A stretch of 64,000 bases of DNA from Marsupella aquatica (Eukaryota > Plantae > Marchantiophyta): assembly GCA_973895155.1 (NCBI GenBank), contig OZ316894.1, forward strand, positions 17,514,563-17,578,562. Direction: 5' to 3'. Below are positions 12,101 through 25,228 of the stretch, in pieces (within the stretch, counting starts at the first letter, position 1; every line of letters begins with the position of its first letter). The translations under genes and the position numbers were made by a program. A model generated the notes under the pieces. It saw only the letters and a list, made by a program, of their open reading frames with translations. It was not told where the DNA came from and ran no database searches.

Positions 12101-15056
12101 TATACTTTATGTCCAGAGTGACTGTTTATCCATTCCCTTGTTTATGTTTTTAGTGAAGTCCCATCTGGAGAAATCTTGAATGCGTGTAACATGGACCGTC
12201 AGCTGCAATACCTTGCACTCAACTTTCTCAGGCTTTGTCGTGTTTGTATGGGTAATACAGGACTATGCAAATTGCGGTGCTTCCCACCGGTAGCACTTAT
12301 CTGGGATCCTTCAGGGTTAGAAGTCTTCCCCAACCTTTACCATAATATTGTGACGGTGGATTCATCACCTGCGATGTGGGGATCTAAAACGAGTTCTGAA
12401 AGTACAACTGTGCTCCTTCTGGTGAGTTTCAGCTGCTCTAGGTGGTTTCAAGTCTATATACGTGTTTGATTTGTAGTATTTAAGCCTCTCGATGACTGTT
12501 GAGATTCCCCGACGCTGAGGTAATCGGCTTAGTGGTATAAAATAGCCACAGATAGATTTCTCTGAAAGGAGATTGTGATGTGCAATCTCAAGAGGTAGAA
12601 GAATGAGACTGTTCGGTTTTTGTGTGGAAAGTTACAGCTAAGCTTTCTGGCTGGTACTAAGTTTATCCTCTACCGGTAGACACAGTTTGTCGTCTTATGT
12701 ATCTTTTTGAGCAAGCTGACGATTTGGCTCTGATATTCGTCCAGGTTGATCCTCACTGCGAGTACCATGTTGGCATGAAAGTCTCACTTTATGCAGCTGC
12801 AAGCAGATTCCTTCTAATGCATCTATTGCAGGTCGGCATAATTAGCTTCTCTCCTACTGCAGCGTATCTTTCCTTTTCGTTTGGGTCATGTTTCTGTGGG
12901 AGATCTTGTAGGGCCTGGGAAATGCAGGGTTCCTAAGTAATTATGAGTTGTCCTTTGGATGCAGGTCGCGGCAGTTATTGTGGCGGTCCTGTATTTCGCC
13001 ATGATGAGGCAGGCTAGGGCATGGGAACTAGATGCCCCAGTGCCATCAGTTTTTGCTTGTATCGAGACCAATCTGATGGTTCCTTTCCCTTACGTGACTC
13101 TGTCGTTGGGTCCGTTGGCAGTCTACGTGATGTTGACAGTGTTTGGGACTCATGTGGTTCCGCCTCTTCTAAGTTTTGTGCTCGTGTCAAGTGTTTGTTA
13201 CATCTTTGCCAATGCAGCGGTGGCCATTTTGGCTTTAGCCAGCATGGCTATCTTCTATTCGGCTGCTTTTCTGCAAGTCTTTTTAAAGCTCAGGTATAGT
13301 ATATCAGAGCTAGGAGGAGAAACTTGTTATACGCTGAAATGCATTAGGCATTAGCTTCATGCCATCCGAATAGAAACACTACAGATGAAAGAATTTTCAT
13401 TCATGCTCTTTAATTGTGACATAGTAGTCATCTATTCCATTGTGAGCTTGACAAATGTGGGCCTTTTCAGTAGTAGTAGCCCAGTCTAGTAATGTCGGAA
13501 GTAGTTTGTTTCAAAGTTCTGAGAGTAGGCACGATGGACTAGCTGTTGCTCAAATTGGAAGCTGCAAGAGGAATCGAAGCTAATTACTTTCATTGACAGG
13601 TGGCTAAGTTGGGAGAAGCGTTGGCGTTTGCGGGGACCACGATGGATTTTCTCTCGTGTGCCAGGAATCTCCACACTGCAGGTTTTTAATGGAACATGAC
13701 CTTCTTACCATTTTACTTCAAATCAATTTTCCAGTGGCGTTACTAAGAAAGAATCTTTTGAATCCCGGTGTTGTTGTTCTCTATGTAAGCAGATCATCTG
13801 TACGCTCCCTGTCTCTTTTATCTGTGACATTTGTAATAATCTGTAAAAATCTGCTGGGTATTCTTGCCAGGTGGTTAGGACGTTGCAGAGTAAACCTACT
13901 TTGACTGTGGCTATTGTGGCTACTGTGTTGGTGTTCTTTGTACATCCTGCTCTTGGCCTTCTTGTCCTTCTTCTTGCTCACGCATGGAACAGCCATGGTG
14001 CAATCTACAGTTATACTCTAAGGTGACCCGCATTTCTTGCTTCAGGAGCAAATATGACTATTGTCTTCTCCACCCTCTCATGCTTTATTTTGCTAATGCA
14101 ACTTTTGTTAGCGCTGTTTATGGCTTTGTGAATGCTAACACGCAAACAGTAGTCGCGAAAAGAGTAAGAGGCCAGTGTGACTAATTTCGGACCTCGTACT
14201 CTGTTTGCAGCCGTCAACAGACCAGTTTGTCCAGACAAGGGAAGAGGGTAAATTCTGTTGGCAATGGCATGGACATCTGGAGAGAGCCAGTTCTGGATGG
14301 TAGTGATGGTTCCGAGTTGAACGGTATCAGTTATGCAGAATCACAGCTTGAAGTGTTTAATCAACGCCAGGGATTGCTTATATTGCACCTCGCTGCAACT
14401 ATCATGTTCATTCCGTCACTGGTGGCCTGGATCCAGGTAGACGATGAATTTTCACCACAAGATGTGATTACCCAATGCTTTAATTAATGCTTCTATCTAT
14501 TTACTGCAGTAGATTTATTTCATGCAAGTCATAGACTAACCAGGTAGTAAGTTTGAATTAAGTAGCGTTGATGGTCCAAAGTTTGCTGGCATACAGCCGC
14601 TGGTTGTAAGGCTTATTCGTAGCACTGCGTTGTCTAGCTCTCTCAATGCAAAGTATATGGTAATTTGTTGTGCTGATCGGTCGCCACTTTGATCTGTTTA
14701 CTTCTGTCTTTCAGCGTCCAGGAATGGATCGGAGTTTGCCAGGGTTTTGGGACTCGTTTCTTTCCTTCGGGCTCATCCTTCATGGCCTTTACACCAGAAA
14801 TGCAGATGCTAATATAGCTCTCTTCTCCAAACTTAGGTTAACAGGGTCACTACTTGAATATTCAGGTCTCAGTTTCATCTATGGGATCGCTGGTCTATAC
14901 TGCTACATCTCAGGATTGGCTCTGGCTCCTTACAGGACTTTTCATGCCATGGCATTGATTGGTTACTTAACTACTGTGTTTAGACTGTGGGCGAAACGTG
15001 TTAGAGGAAATGAGGAGCTGGGTGTGAGGAGAAGATATTATCACAGACATGATTGA
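6164..15056 (+). CDS. PGAP1: GPI inositol-deacylase (PGAP1/BST1-like) with alpha/beta-hydrolase domain and multi-pass C-terminus; about 18 exons
   Basis: N-terminal TM segment, then C-MTYMYPTY, GVPVLFIPGNGGSYKQ|VRS, DWFTVDLEEEHSAMDG, lipase motif GHSMGG, TLSSPH, WLSMEHQSILWCNQLV, and a hydrophobic C-terminus. Exons with GT-AG boundaries include 6164-6460, 7315-7587, 8573-8763, 9007-9185, 9727-9863, 12966-13293, 14211-14436 and 14715-15056. Some internal boundaries are approximate. Confidence 0.93.
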
Positions 15057-16199
15057 TGCCCCAGGCATAGAATACTGCCTGCCGTCTAAATTCCAATGAT
15101 GGAAACTTAAGATAGATATCTGATCCAAACGAGAGCAGGGGTTTGTCTGGAAAGATCCGGCTTAGATGTAAATCTTTTTGTTTGTAGCAATTCCGATGAC
15201 GGTGGACTCAATTGAAGCTGAAGACCGTCCCGCCCATAGCAACATTGAGGTTCTGGGGTCACTTAGGTGAGATAAGTAGAGTTTAGAGTTAAAAAGTACA
15301 ATTCTTGAAGGGCAATTTTCATACTAGCCAAATATGTGTTTGGGAGGATAGAGTTCTTCTGTCCAGTCTACGATTATGAACTAGAGCCTTTGCATCCTGA
15401 TGTGAATTGTGATTCTTTCCTGAAGTCAAGAAGATTATTCAAAAGATCCATATGGACAAAATCTATCTCGAGTTGTTGACTTCACCTTCCCAAAACAGAC
15501 TGAACGCAGCTGCTTTTCCGAGTCCTGATAGCCCGATACCAAATATTGTGGGGTGCTTCCTGAGTTCAACGTGTGATGCTTTCAACCCGAGAAGCAACAA
15601 CGCGCGATTGTTGGTGGCCTTCCCGTTAAGGAAGGTATTCAGAGATCCCAGAGCAGTATGGAATGTTTGGTGGTCTCGAACTTCATGTGTCCTCTTTCAG
15701 TTCTATCATGTTTGTATCTTTCATTGAACGTGGAGACAAAACGGGTTTTTGCGGAGGATGCTCTGAACACTGGAGGTATGTAATTTGAAGAATTTGATCA
15801 GCATATCAATGTTCAAATGACTACGGTAGATGCTTGATTGTTGAATGTCAAAATTGGAACTTGAGTTGGAGTCTGTTCTATCTTGGGCTAAGTTTATTTT
15901 ATTAGCTACGATACATCTGATTGGGGGTTACGAGTAACGCTCCCCTATTCTTGCAATCATGAAGTTCTCCCGATTATTCGGAGGAACATCTCTCTTTCCT
16001 CAATTCTTGCGCTCCTCCGCTCAACGCCACAGCAGAGTCTTCCATTTCTCAAGCGCACATTTCAGTAACGATAAGAGTTCATGTCCGTAATGGTTCCAGA
16101 TCCATTTGTTGGCCACGCTCTGGAGCTTTGGCGATCAGAACCCACCGCTTTCATATGTGCGGATCCCTTTTTTGAAGTCCTTTGGTCAGAGTCCTCCTC

Positions 16200-16492
16200 T
16201 AAGGGCTATTGATAACATTGTCAACAATTGGAATGCGACTGCAGTCATTCGAATTTTTTCCCCTCAATGGGCTCGAAAGCTTGTCGTGTAAATCCTGGAT
16301 CAGCTTTTAAGTTCTTTGCCACTAAAGGGCTGTCGATAACATTGTCAACAATTGGAATGCCACTGCAGTCATTCGATTTTTTTCCCTCAATGGAAATGCA
16401 ACTGCAGTTATTCGAATTTTTTCCCTCAATGGGCTCAAAAAGCTTGTGGTGTGAATCTTGGATAGGCTTTTAAGTTCTTTGCCACTAAAGAT
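16200..16492. repeat. Tandem duplication of about 125 bp specific to copy A
   Basis: aagggct..gataacattgtcaacaattggaatgc...gcttttaagttctttgccactaaag occurs twice here and once in copy B (about 44919-45044). Confidence 0.8.
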
Positions 16493-18558
16493 GGTCTAAT
16501 TGACAGTAGTGCCATGGTTATACTAAATATAAATATGTCATAGTTTTTATATAATTCTTTTATTATGTTGTTAACTTGTCATCCTTCCTAATTATAAATT
16601 GAAATATCTTTAGTGGCAATATGTGCTGAATGTATTTCCAAGTTTTTCATGTGCTCAATTGTGTTATTCCTAGCAATTTCTCATCCAAGCTTCTTATGAG
16701 CTCAATTGTGCCCTTTCTAGCCATTTATAGAAGCGGAACTTCCTTTGGTTTCTAAAGTGTATTTTGAGATACTCGCATTTCTCTCCTAGTACAAAACACA
16801 TCTTCCTCCTCCTGCATCTTGTTTACTTGAAAAATAATGTATACACTGATACATCAGTGTTTCACATAGAAATGCTTAGAATATTTTACCAAGTTTAACA
16901 AAGACTACCTGAAACTTGGTCCCTTGAAGTTTTCCGGAATACTTGCTGGACCCTGATTATTGTACAGACTGATACATCTGTATTTCACATAAATGCTTGG
17001 AATAGTTACTGAGATATGCATTGTAAGTGGTTAACAAGTTTTACAAACACTCCCTACCGCTTTGTCTCATTTTGCCCATTTTGCCCTGCTTAACTGAAAT
17101 TTCCATAATAATTTTATATGATGCAGGAACTTGATTATCCCTAGTGTAGTCACCAACTGCAATTGCTTCCACCCCAGCAGGGATCTTGAAGCATGTTTCT
17201 TGGAGCCCTATTTCTTAAAGTAATCAATGCTTCGCCTACGTAAAGAAAACAGGAGAATAATATTCTAGCCTTGCCCTATTCTCAAAGTAATGAATGTTTC
17301 TTATGTATTTGTCAAAGTAATTGATGCCTCCCATAAGCCTGCTCAAACCGGGATGACCTTACAGTTCTATATCATACAAGTCCACCAGCTATTCTGGAGT
17401 TGTTGAGCTGTTTAGCTTTAAGCAATTAAATTTTCTGTCCAGGTTTGAAGAGGTCAGCCAACAAGGTGACGAGTAATCTTCGTAGCCAGAGTGGCATGAC
17501 AATGGATATTATCGGTTGCTAAACGTGTTTAGCTGCAGTCCAGGCAGTGAGACATGGTTTAAAAAAAGCCAAAGGCACTTAAGAGTTTCATGTACAAAAT
17601 TTGACGCAATTACAATTGTCTTGTAGACCTTGTCGTTAAAGTAAAATCAGTTATCATCTAGGCCTTCTGTAAGACCAGCCGTCCTACAAATTCTAATTTT
17701 GGTTTCTCCAGCGCTGATTTGGTCCCTGCCTGATTGCACTCAAGAGACTTCAACCCACTCACAGCCTATACCAAAGCTAGAGAATGAGGTTGCTCCAACT
17801 TAAAACCTTCCCGAAAGGATAGTAAAAAGTTTTTAGGTCTATTATTGTATCTACATAATTTAAAAGAAAAAATTATGCTGGCGTAAGAAGAAAGTAAAGT
17901 AGCTTGTCATGTAGGGCTTCCAACTAGGAAAGATGCTAATGTAAAGAGAAGTTCTTAATTAATCAGTCCTTTCGGAGTTGAGATGAATTTTGTATCAACC
18001 CCCTCAGAGCAACAATAAATTACTTTTAGGGGACTGGCCGGACCCTATGCCCTCTCTGCCCACTGTCTTACAAAGTGTTGACCCCACTTTTGTCCCCATG
18101 TGTCATTCTTTTAATCGACAACGTACTGTTAGATTCTAAAAAGACTATCAATCCCGTTCAAAAACATGGTGGGCCTCTCCTATTTATCTCATAATGACCT
18201 TAGTTAGCAATATGTAACTACGTAATTGACTCAAAACCATAAACTTGGGAACTCTGCTGAGTAGTTAAAAACCATAATTTTTTTTTCTTCCGCTTCCTAG
18301 GTTTTCTGGGTTGCATGTGCCTCTTTTCAGTGCTTGTCCTCTTTGGACCTCTTTTGCTTCCCTTGATAGTACTTTAGTTGTTCCAGTTTTTGGTTAAAAG
18401 GAAAGGGGTTGGCATTATCTTTGTAGCTTGTTCTCACACTCCTTGGACTTTTCACCCTCTTGGGAAGAGATGGCTTGGGGGATAGGTATCCTTGAATTGT
18501 GAACTATGAAATCCCAATTTATTACAACTTGAATCTAAGCATGCAAATATTATATTCT

Positions 18559-18851
18559 AACAGAGGATGGAAAAGATTAAAAAATAAATATAAACTTAGA
18601 GGGGGTCACAAATTAAAATTGAAACAAATACATAATAAAAATTCTCAATAATGCAAAGTACTGTTATTAGGTTTCTGGACAAGGTAACACTATTATGGCA
18701 TTGAACAGAGGATGGAAAAGATTAAAAAATAAATATAAACTTAGAGGGGGTCACAAATTAAAATTGAAACAAATACATAATAAAAATTCTCAATAATGCA
18801 AAGTACTGTTATTAGGTTTCTGGACAAGGTAACACTATTATGGCATTGAAC
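18559..18851. repeat. Near-perfect 145-bp tandem duplication specific to copy A
   Basis: aacagaggatggaaaagatt...acactattatggcattg starts at 18559 and 18704; copy B has one diverged unit at about 47476. Confidence 0.9.
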
Positions 18852-20804
18852 AAGTTCATCCTGAACTTGCTTGATTATTTTGCCCTGTAGCAAATTGAAA
18901 GGAAAAACTTCTATTGCATTATTCATCATGGCAACAACAACTTTTTTACAATCTTTACCATGTGAAAGTAATAATGAAGCCTATGAAACTGAGTATTATT
19001 ATGTGACTACTAGCTCAATACCTGTACATTGCACAATAGATGTTATTGCAGAAATGATATTGCTGTTCAAATGATGTTGTTGTGCCAAAGACGTCATTTA
19101 AAAATGATGTTGTTTGCACAAAGGTCATTCCCAGGTACGCAACTCCCCTTTTTATAAGGCAAACTTTTAATTCCTTATAATGACTTTATGCCAAATTGAC
19201 CATGTGAAGTTTAATTCATTTTAGTCTGACTACTAAACTCATGTACCTCTCAATTCAAAGAATCCAAATATGTAACATTAAAAATAAAACAAAATTGTCC
19301 AAAACAAGTTTGTAAAAAACCAAATTATATGGATTTTTTTGAATACAGGGTCTGCAGCCAAACTAGCCAGACCCGTAGCCAGCTTTTTAGCATAATTTCA
19401 AAAATCTTTTTAATGAAAATTATAGCAAGTTTAGGATTCGTTTGTAAACTTGTGTGGAAAAAGAAGAAAACCAAACTTCATGTATGACTCGTAAAATTTT
19501 TAAAAGTGGAAAAACTCAACTTTTTTCAACTTTTAATATTTATTATAGCCAATGTTTTAGTCCATATAAAAATATAGACTCTTGCCTATTATACAAGAGT
19601 TGCTTACACAAGAGGTCATTCCACAAAGAGGTGGTTGGATTGAGTGTTTTCATGGGTAAAAACAATTATTACATAATGATCTGCTCAAAAAATCTACTTT
19701 AATGAATGAAAATTTGTGGAGAAAAGGTCACAACGTACAAAGTGAAGAGAAATATACGTACTCAATATTGCAAAGTGAAGAGAATATTTCACATGAAAAA
19801 TATTCTTTTTCCATTGTCTAATTATTTGAAGTAATTAAATAATGTAATATGGAAAGAGGCCTCTCATTGGGTGACCCAGGTAAAGGTTTTGAGGATTGCA
19901 TGTTATGGACTTATCTGTAGTGAAGTGACCCAATGTACTCAGTTTTATTACAACATTTGAAATAGAGATGCACAAAACTTGTCATGCATATAAGTGATAT
20001 ATATATTGTAAACAACGTAGTGTCTCTGATTGAATGATCAATGCTGAGGGGAGGCGAGGGCCCCACATAAATACACGCCAGGAAATGAGATGGATCAAGA
20101 TCCATAAAGCAAGGCAAGGAGATCAACGGTAAGAGATACAGCGTACCACTAACTAACAACTAATCACTACTACATGGGAGCGGATAACACGGTAGTGGGA
20201 GCGGATAACACGGCGTGATATCCGGGGAGTGGGCAAGATACTAAGGAGAAATACAATGATGCTTAGGCACTTAGAAAGCGCACCATAAGTACTTTACAGT
20301 AATGGTAAAGCTACTGTCAATATATATATAGGTAGGCTTTTAGTGTCTGATTGATTGTTGCTCTGAGTTGGCTCTTTGGTCTTCTTGGAGTTTTCGTGGT
20401 GCCTTTTCTGTTATCGAGAGTCTCGTACCTGTGCGTTTCCCACGGTTTTTCCTGGTGGCTTTCCCTTTATTGGGTCTCTTGCGTGTGGGATTGTGCCTCC
20501 AGGATATATGGCCCTCCGTTTGTGTGGGATGGTGTCTCCATCTGGATGCCGTGGGTTCAGGTTGCCCTCCTCTTGTGTGGGCTGGCTCTTTTTGTGTGGG
20601 TTCAAGATAACCCGCCTTTGTGGGGGTTCAAGATGGCCCTGCTTTTGTGTGGATTCGTCCCTCTACTGTAGGATGGCTCTCCTTTGTCTTTTGGCTGTCT
20701 GATATGTATATATGGTTAGTTCAGTTAGACATCTAATATTGGAGTGTGCCACATTGGAGGGTGAACACACAGCCTATTATTGCAGGTTTCTAGGGGACCT
20801 CCAC

Positions 20805-23108
20805 ATGATGAGGTTGCTCCAGAGCTTTCAGAACTGCACTATGTCGATTTCTTCACCTCAGATGTCTTATCTGTGGAAGTCCATCCTGAAGGATAAATCC
20901 CACGTTCGCAGAGCGGCCTTGCTTCATGCAATTGAATCAAGTACGACAGAGTTCAGTGCTCAGGAAGCAGCTGTGAAGGTGAGTAACTCAAGATCAGCTG
21001 TTATTCGAGCTGCGACTTTCGAGAACCAAAGTCAGTTTAAAATGGAGAGAACACAGGAAGAAGTCATCACAGAAATCCAGTCCATGAAGGCACCGGAGTT
21101 CGTCCCTCCCTACCCATCAAGACAGAACCGTCATGCAGCAAAGGCCATCGCCAACAGCCTCACCTGGTTCCATCAGCATTCCTTGGCAACAGTCTTATCG
21201 GATCCTACAAAAATGCAGAAATTCATGCGGGGCAAGGTGAATGATTTTTTCACAGGGATTTACGTGGATGCGGAGGAGCAAGAGATGTCATGGCTCTGCT
21301 GCTATGCCTTATGGGCATTCTTGCTGGACGATTTGTTTGATGAAAATATGTACGCTCGCTCACCAGACAAGGTGGCTCCCCTCTTATTGGAGCTGAACAC
21401 GTTAATGATGTGGTCTTTCCCCGACGATCCTAGTCTTTACAGCATCTTGTTGGAATTAGTAGACCTGTATCCCGAGGAGCAACAAGAGACCGTGCTTGAC
21501 AACGTCGACACCAAGCTAGCCAACGCTAGACTACATCCTGGCTCAGGTGAAAAAATTAATGCTGCAACCAGCACCCCGCAAAATTCCATTTTCACGATTT
21601 CAAAACATTGATTTAGCCCTATGTACATGGTTGCCGAGGTTCTGAACGTCAGCTTGTCATTATTGTGGTTGCGGTATTTGTTTTAGTGAAGATAGTATTT
21701 ATAATAGAATGCCCGCCTTCTGGTACCCTGGTGCTGCATTTACAGTAACAGAATTTATCTCCTTTTCCGTCAGTTATTCTGTAGTAAATTTATTTGAATG
21801 CTGAAATTTGAAGACGTCGAGCCATGTTATCGGTTTGGATTATACTATGTACTTCAGATTTTTGACTTTACAAACTTATACCGTTCGAATGCAGCTTATG
21901 ATACTGCCCATCTCGGGCCGATGATAGTATCTTTCAAAGACCTGTGGGACAAGCTTTTGACAGCAACGCCTTCCGATTCTGTGATCCGATGGGGCAACTC
22001 AGTGCAGCGGTTTTTCTTGGGTAGCCTTCGCGAGACAATGAACCGGAATCACAAGAACATTCCGTCTCTCGACGAGTACATTGTTATGCGTAGAAACACC
22101 TCGGCAGCGGAGTCGGGCATGGTAATTCACAGATATATCACTACCGATAGTAACGACACTGAATTTAACTCAAGAGCTTAATTGCTTTGAATGATTTGAA
22201 AACTGAGAAGTCAACTGATGGTTACATAATTATACGTTCTCCGGGCCCGAGACTGGCAATTATATATCCATCAGAAAACCATATTCAATCCTCTTCGTGG
22301 TTATCATTTACAGCTCTTGTTGAGGCTAGGAACGATTACTACAGGCTGTACATATCAGGCATGACTGAGGCAAATGTTATTTTTGTCATAAACGCAGTTG
22401 ATAGTCGACTATGCGGCAAAATTCAGTACCAGTTTGCCTAGGGAGATATTTGACAGTCCTGAGATGAAATCTTTTCTGGCTGCTCTTAACGATATTCTCT
22501 CCTGGCACAACGACATGTTTTCATTCAAGAAGGTAACTATATTGCGCTGTATTCCACACATTTTACTATTTTGGTGGAAAACTCTGGAAAGCTAACATGC
22601 GTAGGCCCATAATACCATCCTCAATACTATTTATTCTACAGTATGAATAATGCCTCTCAACGGATAGATATATCATCAGTTATGTTCTTGTCCGACGAAT
22701 CCGCAACACTTTCTTAAGATGAACAAAAGATGACACGGTGAGTCCTGAGCTGCAGTAAGTGTACACCGAAGACTACGTAGGATAAACTCATATTTGAACT
22801 GTTACTTACAAAGTTGGGGGAACTAATTGTGGGCTGCATGACTATTGTGGCAGGAATTGGTAAATGGCGAAGTGCACAACTTGGTGTTTTTGGTCAGCCA
22901 CGAGTCTAAGTGCTCGTTCTCAGACGCTTTGGTGATTGTCCAGGGAATGCTTCAGGAACGAGTACAGGACTTGGACCGAGCCTTTCGTGATTTGGAGGCA
23001 ATCTCAACGCAAGAAAATCAATGGGCTGCTGCCGCATACATTAAAACCGCACAATATTGCATTTCTGGGATACATGATTTCACGCTGAGGAGTCAACGGT
23101 ACCACTAG
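20805..23108 (+). CDS. Microbial terpene synthase-like protein (MTPSL), copy A, 452 aa; exons 20805-21546, 21895-22121, 22398-22532, 22854-23108
   Basis: DDLFDE (DDxxD), RRNTSAA (pyrophosphate-sensor region), NDMFSFKK|E (NSE/DTE motif split by an intron) and C-terminal RY. All introns are GT-AG and the spliced length of 1359 nt is in frame. Single alpha-domain class I TPS architecture typical of MTPSLs of non-seed plants. Confidence 0.92.
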
Positions 23109-24265
23109 ATGAATCATGTACAGTGTAGTCAGCTACAGTAGTTATTATATAAGTAGGACCTGGCAGTATTGCAGTCAGTGCAGTCTAGATCTTTTGCTTC
23201 TAGCTACCGCCAAGGCCAAAATGTTTATATATTAAACCTATCCGTAAACTGGTCTAACCCTGGACCAGTCGTGCGCGATGAGCAAAAATTGGTGCACGGA
23301 ATCCAAAATTAAGCATCAACATTTTCCCGCAATCCAATGCCGCACGAAACTTTTTTTCGGACCAAATTTACTCAAAAAAACTTTCGCAAAAGTTAACCTT
23401 AGTTTGTTGACTCGGGTTAGAGTATGAGTTTAGGGCATCGTTCAGTTGTTCCCCTCTTCTCCTCCCGGGCCCCGCACTGGCTTTCTTTGGGATCAGGAGC
23501 TGATGAGCGACCGGGCCCCGCACTGGCTTTCTTTGAGAGCTGATGAGCGACGGGAAGAAAAGCGAGCGCGAGAGCAAGATTGAAGCTATGGATCCAAGCA
23601 CAGGTAGAATATCCTCAATCTGGTTCAGGTGCATGGCTAGATGATTGAATTGTTTTCCTTCAATCTGGCTACCATTGGTGCATTTTTTGCGCTTTTTGGC
23701 TGTCTGTGGAAAGGTTCACTTTGAGTATCCGTTGTCCAGTTTGAGTATCATGGGATTGCAATTGGTAGACACAGGAGGTCTTTCTCTTTCTTGGTGCACA
23801 AAGTAGGACCTATCATGAATCACTTGTCTAGCTAGCGGAGTGTGTCTGTCTCGGTGTCCGTGATCAAATTAAAAAACTCTTGCTGGATGGAGCCGTCTCG
23901 AAATGGATTTTTTTGGAAAACTGAAAAACTAATCATTAATCTAGAAAACTCTCTCGCTGTAGCTTGATTGAATGACAAAAGATAAGCAGAATCTTTGGGC
24001 CCTACTCTGGCTACTCTGAAGCACTCACTTCACTTTAGTGGTTAGCTCAAGAATCTTGGGGCCTACTCTTGCTACAGTTCACAAACTTTGGACTCTCGGT
24101 ACTCTTTGTTTACTTAATTAAGTACTCATTTTCTATGGCATGTCGGTTGAATCCAAGCTTGACTTTGTAGCTTCTGTCTAAGTACTAAATCTAGGCTTTG
24201 ACATGTTGTATTTTGCAGCTAGCAGGGTAGACAGGATCTCACATGGTGGAGGTAGAATTCAAATA

Positions 24266-25228
24266 ATGAGTGCTCCGCCTTCATTGGATTATGATGAATT
24301 CCAGTCAGGATCTGAGGAGGAGAACGGATCTGAGTCAGAGGAGGACGTGGATGGGGCCGGATATGAGGAGGCAGCAGTGGTAGCCCCTCAACAAGTGGGC
24401 CCTCAAAAGCAGATTCCACAGAGGCCACTAAAGAAGGCGAAACCAAATCCAACTTCTCGTGCAATTGTTGACGAATTTCAGATGATTCAACTTGTCAAAG
24501 CTTACAGACATGAGTTTTCTATTTTTTGTCGAGGGAAGAAACGGGCGCCCAAACAAATGATTCCTAAAAAGGTCTGGGTAAAGGTCTACCGTGAGCACTT
24601 CTTGCCTTTATTTCCCAATGTTGGATTTGAGGAAGATACACTTAGGAAGCATCTTAGAGAGCAGCTGGCTGAATTGAATACAGGAATTGCAGATGACGGC
24701 CATACACCTGTACTGCAAGATGAAATTATTGCCTCTGAGGTCAGGGCGACTGATTGCTCAGCCACCAGGAATATTTTAAGGCTCAGGCGAGGATTTGTTG
24801 ATGCTGTTTCAACTTCAGCTGATCGCAATCCTTCCATGGGTGCTACTCGTGGTCCAGGTGCTCATGGTCCTACACCATTGACCAGGGTAGCATCAGCACC
24901 AGCTACCCTATTTTCTGGGCCAAGAACTCCAATTCCAGCAGCACAAGGTATAGGCCAGGCATCACAGACACAGCCTAGACCCACACAGGCTACCACAAAT
25001 TCAAGTGCCGATAGTCACAGACCAACGAAGGCAGATATGCTTCACAAACAAGCAGATGCTGTTTGTTCAATTGCCAAGAACTTTCAGGATGCTACTGACA
25101 GGCAAGGTTTGCTGATGGATGCCAAACGGGCTAAACACGAACTTGTGCTATTGAAGGAAGCAAAGGAACATGGGCTCCTTGATGAAAATCAGTTTAAGGA
25201 GAGGCTTAAACGAATCTTAAAGTTCTGA
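24266..25228 (+). CDS. Transposon accessory protein with Myb/SANT (trihelix)-like DNA-binding region and SHOCT-like C-terminus
   Basis: Uninterrupted ORF with an acidic N-terminus, a helical segment IQLVKAY...KKVWVKVYREHF...TLRKHLRE, and C-terminal LKEAKEHGLLDENQFKERLKRIL. Its position fits the second ORF of PIF/Harbinger elements. Confidence 0.7.
   Translation: MSAPPSLDYDEFQSGSEEENGSESEEDVDGAGYEEAAVVAPQQVGPQKQIPQRPLKKAKPNPTSRAIVDEFQMIQLVKAYRHEFSIFCRGKKRAPKQMIPKKVWVKVYREHFLPLFPNVGFEEDTLRKHLREQLAELNTGIADDGHTPVLQDEIIASEVRATDCSATRNILRLRRGFVDAVSTSADRNPSMGATRGPGAHGPTPLTRVASAPATLFSGPRTPIPAAQGIGQASQTQPRPTQATTNSSADSHRPTKADMLHKQADAVCSIAKNFQDATDRQGLLMDAKRAKHELVLLKEAKEHGLLDENQFKERLKRILKF

Larger units (their letters stand above)
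16153..23233 (+). repeat. Segmental duplication copy A (upstream region plus MTPSL gene)
   Basis: Colinear with 44872-52994 from atatgtgcggatccc onward. Homology resumes briefly at 28570-28575 and 29341-29377. Confidence 0.95.

Noticed and set aside
20175-20213. Two lac-operator-like gagcggataaca motifs (vector contamination?)
   Set aside because: Only a 12-bp match within a local 18-bp duplication; no other vector sequence is present.
20351-20702. Hydrophobic ORFs in all three frames upstream of the MTPSL (also 50128-50467)
   Set aside because: GT-rich internally repeated sequence, probably 5' UTR intron; indels between the copies break the frames.
6164-23108. PGAP1 and MTPSL as a biosynthetic gene cluster
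   Set aside because: PGAP1 is a housekeeping GPI-remodelling enzyme, and no P450, prenyltransferase or other tailoring genes were recognised in the window.
16151-23233. Helitron-mediated duplication of the MTPSL block
   Set aside because: The TC at 16151 is not preceded by A and is not shared by copy B; no common hairpin-CTRR 3' end was found.
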